A stretch of 63,760 nucleotides of DNA, filler included, from Octopus bimaculoides (taxonomy: Eukaryota), in the NCBI RefSeq assembly GCF_001194135.2. It is 6 parts of 5 records of this genome, joined end to end, with 100 filler letters (N's around TTAATTAATTAA, not from the genome) between each part and the next. Parts side by side here need not be neighbours in the genome. Positions count along the whole stretch, not along the records: positions 1 to 20,403 come from NC_068984.1; positions 20,504 to 32,398 come from NC_068989.1; 4 more parts are not named here. One strand, written 5' to 3'. Under the pieces are notes generated by a model. It had not been told where the DNA came from and searched no databases. It worked only from the letters and a program-made list of their open reading frames with translations. The position numbers were made by a program, and so were the translations under genes. Position 1 is the first letter of the stretch, and each line of letters begins with the position of its first letter. Below are positions 15,417 through 27,849 of this stretch, one piece after another.

Positions 15417-15835
15417 AAAGGCAGCGAGCTGGCAGAAACGTTAGCACGCCGGGCGAAATGCTTAGCGGTATTTCGTCTGAGTTCAAATTCCACCAAGGTC
15501 GACTTTGCCTTTCATCCTTTCGGGGTCGATAAATTAAGTACCAGTTACGCACTGGGATCGATGTAATCGACTTAATCCAGTTGTCTGTCCTTGTTTGTCC
15601 CCTCTATGTTTAGCCCCTTGTGGGCAGTAAAGAAATAAGAAACGTTAGCCCGCTGGACGAAATGCTTAGCAGTATTTCGTCTGGCTTTACGCTCTCAATT
15701 CAAACTCCACCGAGGTCAACTTTACCTTTCATTCTTTCGGGGTCGATAAATTAAGTACCAGTTGCGTAATGGGTCGATCTAATCGACTGGCACCCTCCCG
15801 TAAAATTTTGGGCCCTGTGCCTGGAGTAGAGAAGT
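15417..15835 (+). mobile_element. Dimeric SINE family 2 (two tandem copies with different tails)
   Basis: Two heads (GCAGAAACGTTAGC at 15432, GAAACGTTAGC at 15638), two GAGTTCAAAT/TTCAAACTCC B boxes and two cores. Confidence 0.88.
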
Positions 15836-15857
15836 ATATTTAAGAGATGAGGAATAA

Positions 15858-15950
15858 AAACTTACCCAAGATGCCATGCAGCGGAATTGAACCTGAAACC
15901 TGGTGTCTGAAAAGCGAGCTTGGTAACTACACAGCCATGCCTGTGCCAAT
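15858..15950 (-). mobile_element. SINE family 1 head fragment
   Basis: Minus strand: GGCACAGGCATGGCTGTGTAG...GGTTCAATTCCGCTGCATGGCATCTTGGGTAAGT. Confidence 0.7.
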
Positions 15951-16562
15951 ATGCAATTACAAAATTTATCGTTCGGAAAGAAAATTATAAGATTTATTTA
16001 TATCTAGCACTATCAAATGCGACCGACCATCCTTCTTGAAGTCCATGACATTTGGCTTCATAGTAATTTGGTTGCTATTTCTAGCAAGCCGACCAATGAC
16101 GAACATAGACCCTCATCGGATCATAACACGATGGATTCTAACTTGGTGCCTTACCGTATACATATGAGCCAACACTAGCGCATTGGTTCTTTTCACTACT
16201 ACATTTGCGATATTATATAGAAACATTAATAATGTACAGTAGACATGGCTATCAACTATATATCCTCGTACATTAGGGAAAATAATGTTATTTTCTTTAG
16301 CAAATAAAAGAAAACTTCGCTAACTGCACTAAAGATATTTATTGCCGAAAAAACCCATAAAATTACACATACACGTGAATATATATATATATANNNNNNN
16401 NNNNNNNNNNNNNNNNNNNNNNNNNNNNNNNNNNNNNNNNNNNNNNNNNNNNNNNNNNNNNNNNNNNNNNNNNNNNNNNNNNNNNNNNNNTATATATAAA
16501 TATACGTACACACACACACACACACAGACAAACACACACACACACATATATATATATGTACA

Positions 16563-16612
<50 letters not shown>

Positions 16613-16979
16613 GTACATATATATATATATATAATTACTTATATATGTACATGTGTATATACATACACACACACACACACACACGTACACATACCTACAT
16701 GTTCACACAGAGAATCGCGTTCATACACGCAAATAAATTCCTTCCGTCTCTCTCCGTTTCGATCTCTCCTTCACTCTCTCTCTCTCCTCGGGCTTTCTCT
16801 CTATTTCTTTGCATGTGTGTGTGCGTTGCGTGCATGTGCACGTATACGTATACGTGTGTGTGAGTGCATGTGCCGATCTCTGTTTGCATCTGCGTGTGTG
16901 CGCGCGCGCGCGCATGCACAATTGTTTACCAGAACACCTCATTAACGCGTGTAGCGCATGATCGTCTTATACATATATG

Positions 16980-17014
<35 letters not shown>

Positions 17015-18191
17015 GTATCTTGTGAATGAGTGTGTATACATATAGCTAGATAAACATACAAACGTGTACATCTACATATACATACACACACAATTATAGA
17101 GATAAATATATATGTACTTGTATGTGTATATGTGTGCATATATGCATATCTACAAATATATATATATATGTACATATATATATATATATATANNNNNNNN
17201 NNNNNNNNNNNNNNNNNNNNNNNNNNNNNNNNNNNNNNNNNNNNNNNNNNNNNNNNNNNNNNNNNNNNNNNNNNNNNNNNNNNNNNNNNNNNNNNNNNNN
17301 NNNNNNNNNNNNNNNNNNNNNNNNNNNNNNNNNNNNNNNNNNNNNNNNNNNNNNNNNNNNNNNNNNNNNNNNNNNNNNNNNNNNNNNNNNNNNNNNNNNN
17401 NNNNNNNNNNNNNNNNNNNNNNNNNNNNNNNNNNNNNNNNNNNNNNNNNNNNNNNNNNNNNNNNNNNNNNNNNNNNNNNNNNNNNNNNNNNNNNNNNNNN
17501 NNNNNNNNNNNNNNNNNNNNNNNNNNNNNNNNNNNNNNNNNNNNNNNNNNNNNNNNNNNNNNNNNNNNNNNNNNNNNNNNNNNNNNNNNNNNNNNNNNNN
17601 NNNNNNNNNNNNNNNNNNNNNNNNNNNNNNNNNNNNNNNNNNNNNNNNNNNNNNNNNNNNNNNNNNNNNNNNNNNNNNNNNNNNNNNNNNNNNNNNNNNN
17701 NNNNNNNNNNNNNNNNNNNNNNNNNNNNNNNNNNNNNNNNNNNNNNNNNNNNNNNNNNNNNNNNNNNNNNNNNNNNNNNNNNNNNNNNNNNNNNNNNNNN
17801 NNNNNNNNNNNNNNNNNNNNNNNNNNNNNNNNNNNNNNNNNNNNNNNNNNNNNNNNNNNNNNNNNNNNNNNNNNNNNNNNNNNNNNNNNNNNNNNNNNNN
17901 NNNNNNNNNNNNNNNNNNNNNNNNNNNNNNNNNNNNNNNNNNNNNNNNNNNNNNNNNNNNNNNNNNNNNNNNNNNNNNNNNNNNNNNNNNNNNNNNNNNN
18001 NNNNNNNNNNNNNNNNNNNNNNNNNNNNNNNNNNNNNNNNNNNNNNNNNNNNNNNNNNNNNNNNNNNNNNNNNNNNNNNNNNNNNNNNNNNNNNNNNNNN
18101 NNNNNNNNNNNNNNNNNNNNNNNNNNNNNNNNNNNNNNNNNNNNNNNNNNNNNNNNNNNNNNNNNNNNNNNNNNNNNNNNNNNNNNNNNNN

Positions 18192-18244
<53 letters not shown>

Positions 18245-18544
18245 CAATATAATGGACAGGTCAAAAATGGCGTTTAAACAAAATAATTCATTTGAATACG
18301 CGTAGTAAAAGTTAGAACGAGGAAAGTAAAGAAATATGTAGGAGCAACTGGAACAACAACATAATAGTGTTATTTGAAGACATAAGGAAAAATATCTGAG
18401 ACTGAATACGTGTTTCATAAACAATTGTACGGATGATCTCTGATTAGGTGTTAATGAAATAATAACAATATTGATAATAATGTACTTCTATAAAAACATA
18501 TACTATTACTATTCATGATAATAATAATTATAATAATAATAATG

Positions 18545-18950
18545 ATGGTTTCAAATTTTGCCACAAGGGTAGCAATTTTGGGAGTGGGGATGAGTCTATT
18601 ACATTGACCCCAGTGTTCAAATGGTACTTATTTTCTCGACCACGGAAAGATGAAAGGCAAAGTGGACCTCGGCGGAATTGCCGCTAAGCTTTTTTGCCCC
18701 GCGTGCTAACGTTTCTTATTTCTTTATTGCCCACAAGGGGCTAAACGTAGAGGGGACAAACAAGGACAGACAAAGGGATTAAGTTGATTACATCGACCCC
18801 AGTGTGTAACTGGTACTTAATTTATCGACCCGGAAAGGATGAAAGGCAAAGTCGACCTCGGCGGAATTTGAACTCAGAACGTAACTGCAGACGAAATACC
18901 GCTAAGCATTTCGCCCGGCGTGCTAACATTTCTACCAATTCGCCACCTTA
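18545..18950 (-). mobile_element. SINE family 2 dimer/mosaic
   Basis: Two cores (GAAAGGCAAAGT.GACCTCGGCGGAATT at about 18650 and 18845) on the minus strand. Confidence 0.85.
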
Positions 18951-18984
18951 TTCAAGATAATATTAATAATTGTTATTATTATTA

Positions 18985-19352
18985 TTGTTCAGTAGTTTTA
19001 TTTTTATAATGTGCTTTCACTTCACTACCGAGCGCAGCTCTGTGCGCCTTGGGTATGTGCTGTGGTTTGCTGTGGTGCTTTTATGTTTACTGTATTGAAA
19101 GTGTTTTGCGTAGAATGTGTGCAGTGCCCAGTAGTGCAATTTTCTGTATGTTATATATATTTGTAAGTCCTGGTGTTTTTGTTATGTATTTGTCTGAATA
19201 TTTTTTTATTTTACCTAAGGCACCTACTATGATAGGAATTGTTTCTGTTTTTAGATTCCACATTCGAGTTACNNNNNNNNNNAGGCACCTACTATGATAG
19301 GAATTGTTTCTGTTTTTAGATTCCACATTCGAGTTACCTCTATTTCCAGGTC
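18985..19352 (-). mobile_element. R4/Dong-like RLE LINE, 5'-truncated 3' end flanked by (AAT)n
   Basis: KYKDLEIEVTRMWNLKTETIPIIVGALGKIKKYSDKYITKTPGLTNIYNIQKIALLGTAHILRKTLSIQ*, then a 3' UTR and an (AAT)n tail. Confidence 0.88.
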
Positions 19353-19359
19353 TTTGTAT

Positions 19360-19384
<25 letters not shown>

Positions 19385-19395
<11 letters not shown>

Positions 19396-19590
19396 TTTAT
19401 GTTTGACTTTTGTTTTGCATTTGTACAAGTTGGATCCAAGTCTCACCCAGAGACCTCAAGAGACAACAAGATAGAAGTTCATGTAGGTGTTATGCCTAGG
19501 GTACCATATATTTGGATTTGTACAGTTTTGTTCAAGTGAATGTTTAAGAAACCATAAGAAAATTATGTGTTTGCTTTAAAATTTGATTTT
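19385..19590 (-). mobile_element. 3' end of a young (AAT)n-tailed element (element B)
   Basis: Nearly identical to 63560-63752. The same terminus (AACAAAAGTCAAACATAAAA followed by (TAA)n) occurs at 51851. Confidence 0.8.
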
Positions 19591-19603
19591 TTGTGCCTCC
19601 TCA

Positions 19604-19655
<52 letters not shown>

Positions 19656-19669
19656 CATTATTATTATTA

Positions 19670-19992
19670 TTGAGGGAGAGAGAGAGAAAAGCGCATGCCA
19701 TCAAAGTGGCATTGTGATACAAATATACGAAACCCAGTGTACTCGTCATGACTATCCGTCTGATAAGGTTAAACCAGGAACATGTCTCACAATCATATGT
19801 GAGCAACATGGTGATCTGATATCAAGATAAACAACTCATGACCTTGCAAGTGGGACTCAGATAGAATATTCTTCATGTCGAGTACCCCATCCCACTCAAA
19901 GCGTCCCTGAATAAGGTTTGTTAAAGGATAATGAACGAAACATCCAGAGATGAAATATTGAAACCCCAAAGAAGTCTCACAAAATACGGCCA
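19670..19992 (-). mobile_element. Non-coding (AAT)n-tailed repeat (element C), 5'-truncated copy
   Basis: Homologous to 25618-25925 and 63227-63535. Confidence 0.8.
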
Positions 19993-20403
19993 TTTACTTT
20001 ATGTCTTTTGAGCCTATAGTCATATCTGTCCATCTTTAATTTTTATGAGGTGTCGCTGTCGTTAAAATTATTATCTCTAATCTTTTAGAGAAGAATTTTA
20101 GCCAGTCATTATTCCCAAATATGTAGACTTGTGTCTGAGCTAGAATACATTTCATGTGGCATATGATATGATAAGTTTCAGCATTTTGAAAAGAAAGAAA
20201 AAAAAACAAAATATCAATGTGAAAAAGAAACTTCATATTATTATGTGATAAATTTCAATAAAATTATTATCAACTAAAAGAAACAAAACAAAACGCACAC
20301 TTCCATCTTTAAAATATATGTGTGTGTGTGTATGTGAGTATGGCTATATATAAATGGTTATGTGAAATATATATATATGTATGTATATACATATATATAT
20401 ATA

Positions 20404-20503
20404 NNNNNNNNNNNNNNNNNNNNNNNNNNNNNNNNNNNNNNNNNNNNTTAATTAATTAANNNNNNNNNNNNNNNNNNNNNNNNNNNNNNNNNNNNNNNNN
20501 NNN
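20404..20503. other. Artificial scaffold linker (44 N + TTAATTAATTAA + 44 N)
   Basis: Exact 100-bp construct repeated five times. The 12-mer gives stops in all six frames. Confidence 0.95.
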
Positions 20504-23500
20504 TATATATATATATATATATCTACGTATGTCAGCCTCCCAAACATGTGTGTGCGTGTGTGTTGTCGAGTGTGTGCGTATGTGTGTGTGTGTGTGTATG
20601 TGTGTGTGCTCGAACGGAAGTAGGTTGAAAGAAATAATTCTGACAAGCGAGTGGTATGACATTGAACGATAAAGTGAAATACCTTATATTAAATGTAGTT
20701 ATATAATTATATGTTGTAACAGGAGGGATTTACCCAAATACTCCCCGATTTCAAGGAATGTATAGTAATCGCATGATAGTGGTCGCGATCAACTCTTGAT
20801 GAGACAGTGAAATGATTTCAATATATCAAGAATTAATCTATACTGACATTCCATTACTGAAAAGACCGTAAGGTTGTCTGGCAGCTCTAGATATGTGTTC
20901 CAATACAACGGAACTGAAACGGTTCAATAATATTTCTCTCACAATATATGGGTATACAAACACATTTACACACGCCCGCACACACGCACGCACAGACACA
21001 CGCGCGCACACACACACACGCACACGCACGCACACGTGCGCACGCACACACGCACACACACTGGCATGTAGAATTCGGCTTCGGCAGGCTGACATCAAAT
21101 ACGTCAAATCCATTTAGACAGTTTTCAACGATGACACAGGAGTACAGAACCACCGTTAGTGCCTATGTTAAAGCAAGAGAATAATAGTAGACGGAACCGT
21201 TTTTGATTTGATGCCCTCAAGAAGTCAAATGACTTCTGGCTCCATGGCGTCTATGTAACTGAGACCACAACATTCACGGGAACTGGACTCCAGTCTGTCG
21301 CAGATTTACTCATAACTGACTGCACTTGAACCTTGTGAATTGATGTTTTGCTCAAGAACAAAAAGCACTGCACGGTCTGGAAATATAAACCACGATTTTG
21401 TGATCGATTATGCAACACCTTAACCCTACGGACATTCACAAAAATTTTGTATGTAACTGTATTAAAAGTTTCTGTGCAGATATATCCTTTAAATGGAAGT
21501 AGCTTTCTTGTGTATATTTTTTCTTGCCTATCATGTAAATTTCTTTACCAGTAAACAATTGCTAGACATGTAAAGAACATGATGTAGCAGAAATATTATT
21601 TTAAAGTATTATAGAAGTACGTTGATTATTTCAATGTCTATTCCCTGACATATTTAAAATTAATTTGATAATGATTGATTGAATTATATGTATTTCATAT
21701 TATAACATATATCGTTGATTTTCTTTAGTAAAAACCACACGAAAGTATGCAAGTTTTGTAAGATTTCTATTTTGTATTGTTATTAATCACATATCGTACT
21801 GATATAATAATTTCTAGATTCTCTGTCTTCTGAATTTTACGAATCCAGAGCATAACAGTGAACAGAATATTCACTGTAGCAATTGCTATTGACAATTTTG
21901 GAAATAGTTTAACAAAAATCAAATAATATTGCATACTACATCTATTGTGTAGTGTTATGATATTTCTTATTTTCATTATTTGTGTTTTCTGATCTATCGA
22001 TATTTTTAATATATTGCAGAACACTACACATAAGTAGAAAAGGCATGGATGATATGTGCAACTCATTTATATTTGTAAGCATTATTTTTCAAATATCCAT
22101 GTGACCTTTTGCGTAAATAAACCTATTGATTTGCAGTTATATAAGTAGATCATTTTAATTTCAAGTTAACGAGAATATTCGGATTGGTTTATTTTTTGCG
22201 AATTAACGAATATCTAGAAATAAATATTATTTTCATTTTCCGACAGTCACATCACTAATGTATAATAAACCATCACCAAATACTAGTTTTATAAGCGAAA
22301 AGGAAATATTCATTGACCAGATGTTTCTACGTCTAAAATGCAATTAGCATATATAATTTCTTCTTTTTGCTTATAGTGTATACATACATAATTCTGAGTG
22401 ATACAGTTCTCGATTATGCATGTGTACTGATCTACCTAGTATTCATAGCAAAGTCACATCCAATGTTCATTAAATCGAAATCACTAAAAGTCGAACGTAA
22501 GCAATATGAATTATTTAATCCGGGAATTGTATCGGTTATCATAAGCCTCCATTATGATGAACAATGAGAGAAAATCATAACATTGTATAACACATAATCT
22601 ATCATAATTATAATTCCCATTCTGCATATACATTAGCATGTTTCATGCACAGTATAAACAATTTGCAGACATCTTTCGACATTGCACAAAAGTCGATATC
22701 TTTCGTCAAAAAAAATCGACTTTTGCATTACTTAGTTTTCAAATACCATAGTGTATATGCAAAGTCAAAAGGAAATCACATGCTTTCCATAGAGTTCGCT
22801 CCGTATCGAATATGCTGCAAAACATATGTAACAAAACAAACTCATATTATATTTTATTATTTTACAATCATAAGATATTAATCAGATACATCACACCCTT
22901 ATATAACAAAAAGAAATCAGCATAGCCAGTCCAAACTAGAATCTCCTTGTTTGATAAAATACCTTCATTCGTTGAACACCACAACATTTGCAGTTTAGGA
23001 TTCCGTTCGAATTTTCTCTCAGTGGCAATAAAAGAACCTATTAAAACCGGTTTTGACGGACTAACCATCGTCTCTCTAATTCTGTCGATCACAGTGTTAT
23101 ATACTCAAATCTTACAAACTATCATTTCATCTGACAAGACTATCTCGAGGTTAACATCCACTTTCCCTTGTATTAACAGACAACACGATAACATCATGTT
23201 TTATCACTCGCCCTTCCACTCCTTCTCCTCATCATGATCATGATCATTATCTTCGTTACCAACATCAGACAACATCGTCATCACAGTCCTTGTTGAAATT
23301 TTTAAAATTGAGGTTTCATAACAAGTATCATTTTTATAATTGAAATAATATAAATGGAAAAAAGAATGAAAAAAACTTTAAATTTAATTTCAATATGAAT
23401 TATCGTTTGAAAATGAGATTTAGGGTTAAATTAATAGTTCGATAATTTGTATTTTCAAAAGCAAAGAATCTCACCAGTACAATACCGATGTATTGGAACG

Positions 23501-24210
23501 ATGAACATTTCTATTTATCTAGTTTCTCTTAATTGAAGATGACAAACCTAAACATGGATAATGTTGAAGTTTCAAACATTTTATTTAATTTTCTATAAAC
23601 TTGAAATAAATAATCAAGAAAACTTCATTTTCAATATTTAACGCATATTTTATTATTTTTCTTTCTCGCATAGAATAAAATTCTCTTTTCATAGAAATCT
23701 ATTTCAAAATATTGATTTTAACTTTCTTTTACGTCTTAATGTAATCAATATAGCTTTACGCATGTACCCAATGTTGATTTAGCTATGTAATCAGTTTCAA
23801 TTTATTAATTTAATTGAATCAAGCAAATGTTGTTTTCAATTTACGAGGCAACTATTTTAGAACCATTGTTTAATTTTCTTTCTTCCAGAGAGAATTTGGA
23901 AAACAACAGAGAAAGTAAAATATTAAATTATTTGAATATCTATGATGTACATAAATCTTGCAAAAAAATTACAATTAGTTTATTTAAATAGCAACGGATG
24001 TTGGTCACGTAATAACAACTCATTGCTATGAAAGAAGTGAAACATTTCAAGAGCTGGTGAAAATTGTTAAAGATACAGATTTGATAGGGAAGCCATAAAA
24101 CTTTCAAACTTATAAAGCATTAAGCAGATGACGGTTTGAAGAGCATTCTAAAAATGATAATACCAATCTATTATAAATTTTGAAATAGAAAAGACACAGT
24201 TGAATAAATA

Positions 24211-24700
24211 CTAAGCATTCCTGATGTTTTCTCTGTCTGTTTTATCTTCAACATTCCTATAAAATTGACCATGCATTTTTTTCTTAACACATCTATTTTC
24301 AGTTTCATTCGTTTTCAATTTCTTGTATAGTGCTTTATCTTTGCAAACTTTCATCTTAAACAAGCCTGACCTTTTTACTTCTAATAATAGCGGTTCTGTG
24401 ACATGTTTACATACCATGCTATGTTGTTTTCCTCTGCTCTAATGCTGTGTTCGCATCGAATTAGTCCTCTTCCCACTCTTTTTCTTGGTACATACAGTTT
24501 ATCTGTGTCACTCTTTGGGTGGGGTGACCCATATCCAGTTAGCAAATTCCTTGTCTTTGTGTCTAAGTTGTTTAGTTCGTCTACTGTCCATGTGATTACC
24601 TCTACTCCATATCTAAGTAGTGAAACCGTCCAGGTGTTGATAGCTTCGATCTTATTTTGTCTGTTTAATTTCGATTTAAAAATCAGTCTCATTGTTATTA
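24211..24700 (-). mobile_element. R4/Dong-like LINE internal fragment (region C-terminal to the RT core)
   Basis: RLIFKSKLNRQNKIEAINTWTVSLLRYG...HPKSDTDKLYVPRKRVGRGLI...KKMHGQFYR, characteristic of R4-clade ORFs. Confidence 0.88.
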
Positions 24701-24704
24701 TGAT

Positions 24705-24812
24705 CTGAGATGCACATATCGTCAGCCACCAAGGGACATGCTCAACTGGTTAAAGTCAAGCAACTGTCAAGCAAATCTGTGGTATTAAGCAGAATATTTG
24801 CTGTAGCCCATC
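24705..24812 (-). mobile_element. Element C fragment
   Basis: Matches 25975-26082. Confidence 0.8.
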
Positions 24813-24813
24813 C

Positions 24814-25130
<317 letters not shown>

Positions 25131-25139
25131 ATTATTATT

Positions 25140-25564
25140 ATTGTTGCCTTTGTTCAGTTTCTAACGCTGGAGATGTACTAGAGTGTCAGCTGTTCCCTAC
25201 CAGTGAATTTAAGTTAATACCTCTTATTTTTCGAGCACCTTCCAAAGTATTCGAGCGGTCCCCAGTCTGCGTTAGTACTCCACCTTAAATTTTTGTGTTA
25301 TTTCCTTCTCAATTAATTTGTCCATTTCCCAAATCCCCAAGTACTTATAGCCCGACTGTTCTATGTACTTCATAACCTCCCCCGACGTCATTGTTAGTCC
25401 ATCCATGCATTTGGTTTTGCCTGTTTTGATACTAACACACCACACTTTCTCAGTCCGAACTCCATTCTAATATCAGCACTGAAGGTATACACCGTATCAT
25501 TGAGGGAACTGACTTGGGCTTCATCTTTACTATAAAGATTGAGGTCATCCATGAATAGCAAATG

Positions 25565-25565
<1 letters not shown>
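25140..25565 (-). mobile_element. R4/Dong-like LINE: RT core fragment fused to the ORF end and 3' UTR
   Basis: NHLLFMDDLNLYSKDE...MEFGLRKCG...YKYLGIWE...EY*RRL, then a jump to a GTARILxKVLEK*-like C-terminus and an (AAT)n tail. Confidence 0.85.
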
Positions 25566-25617
<52 letters not shown>

Positions 25618-25618
<1 letters not shown>

Positions 25619-26147
25619 GAGTGAGAGAGCAGTGCATGCCAGCAGAGTGACACTGGGGTAAAATATACGAAGCCCATTTTACTCATGATGACTACCCGTC
25701 TGATAAGTGTACACCAGGCACATGCACCACAACAATATGTGCGTGACATGGTGATCTCATATTAAGATAAACAGCGCATGGCCTCGCAAGTGGGGGCCAG
25801 TTAGAATTTTCTTCAGGCGGAGTAGCCCATCTCACTCAAAAGGTCCGTGAATAAGGTTTGTTTAAGGATGTTGAGCAAAACACCCATGTTTCCAAAGGTG
25901 AATTATTCAAACCCCAAAGAATTCTTCTCAACACATGGCTATGATGCTCCCCCGCTACTTCTGCTCATGATCAGTGATGCACATATCGTCAGCCACCCAG
26001 AGATATGCTCAACTTGTTGAGGTCAAACAACGGACAAGCATATCTGTGGTATTAAGCAGACTATTCGCTGTAGCCCATCTTTTTATACCAAGACAGTTAA
26101 GATCAGAAGCCATGAGAGCCACTGCCTGGTACTGCATCCGGGCATTT
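25618..26147 (-). mobile_element. Element C, longest copy (about 530 bp), (AAT)n on both sides
   Basis: Four homologous copies in the window. No ORF and no recognisable tRNA head. Confidence 0.8.
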
Positions 26148-27849
26148 ATTATTATTATTATTATTATTATACAATATGACGAGCGCGATGCGATTGCACT
26201 AGATATTTTGTTTCTTGAACGTTATTTCGCCTGCAAGCAAGTCTTTGTCAGGTTCAAAATTGAGCGTGATAAAAATTCAAATCCAGAATAAGAACGAGAG
26301 CAACCAGCTTCCACACGTTGATGGAATGACATCATCAGCCTTCAGAGTTTAATTTTAAAACTGGTAAAACGAAACGGAAAGAAAAAAAGGAAAAAGAAAA
26401 GGAATATTTAATCAAACAGTTTTGTGCAAATTTGATCATATATTCTCCTGTCATTTCATTCATTCCACCAGGGTGTCATATTATATAAAGCCGAAAACAT
26501 ACTTCTCCTGGCACATGATACAAAACGCTTCATGTAAGATATAGAATCCTAATATCTACTGCAATTGGGACCTTATTTCATGGACCTTCATTTATTACTA
26601 ACTGCTAAATTTGTGTTCAAAATAATTTATTCATTGACTAAGTTGCTTAATACCATATCATAAACTGCTAACGAAAATGGTAATCATAAATTTTACGCTT
26701 ATCAACTTGAAACGAATTCTAACTACTGGCTAATTCAACTAAACTCATCCACAAGAGTACACAATTACACTAAATTATACCGTCCAAAGAACGGGTGCAT
26801 TTGGTAGTGTATATATATATATATATATAATCATAAATATATAGGGATTGACAGTAACCTGCTTCTCCAACATACTGAGAATTCAGAAATAGCAGTCAAA
26901 GAACTACTGATTTCAAAACTACAAATTATTACTCTAGATTGATAGCGATATTTTTGATATACACATTCCCTGCCCTGCATANNNNNNNNNNNNNNNNNNN
27001 NNNNNNNNNNNNNNNNNNNNNNNNNNNNNNNNNNNNNNNNNNNNNNNNNNNNNNNNNNNNNNNNNNNNNNNNNNNNNNNNNNNNNNNNNNNNNNNNNNNN
27101 NNNNNNNNNNNNNNNNNNNNNNNNNNNNNNNNNNNNNNNNNNNNNNNNNNNNNNNNNNNNNNNNNNNNNNNNNNNNNNNNNNNNNNNNNNNNNNNNNNNN
27201 NNNNNNNNNNNNNNNNNNNNNNNNNNNNNNNNNNNNNNNNNNNNNNNNNNNNNNNNNNNNNNNNNNNNNNNNNNNNNNNNNNNNNNNNNNNNNNNNNNNN
27301 NNNNNNNNNNNNNNNNNNNNNNNNNNNNNNNNNNNNNNNNNNNNNNNNNNNNNNNNNNNNNNNNNNNNNNNNNNNNNNNNNNNNNNNNNNNNNNNNNNNN
27401 NNNNNNNNNNNNNNNNNNNNNNNNNNNNNNNNNNNNNNNNNNNNNNNNNNNNNNNNNNNNNNNNNNNNNNNNNNNNNNNNNNNNNNNNNNNNNNNNNNNN
27501 NNNNNNNNNNNNNNNNNNNNNNNNNNNNNNNNNNNNNNNNNNNNNNNNNNNNNNNNNNNNNNNNNNNNNNNNNNNNNNNNNNNNNNNNNNNNNNNNNNNN
27601 NNNNNNNNNNNNNNNNNNNNNNNNNNNNNNNNNNNNNNNNNNNNNNNNNNNNNNNNNNNNNNNNNNNNNNNNNNNNNNNNNNNNNNNNNNNNNNNNNNNN
27701 NNTATATATATAATTTTCCAGAGGATGTTGACATAGAGTGGTAAATAAATCGATCTTGGATATATCGAGTTTGAAGTTTCTATCTCTTTTTAATATACAA
27801 ATTTAAAAGTTAAAAACCTTGAAATATATATATATATATATATATCAGT

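Noticed and set aside
19218-19337. 55-bp tandem duplication inside the R4 fragment
   Set aside because: The copies flank a 10-N gap, the signature of unmerged overlapping contig ends.
20448-20459. TTAATTAATTAA palindrome as a regulatory or PacI-like site
   Set aside because: It always sits in the centre of 88 Ns, so it is an artificial linker.
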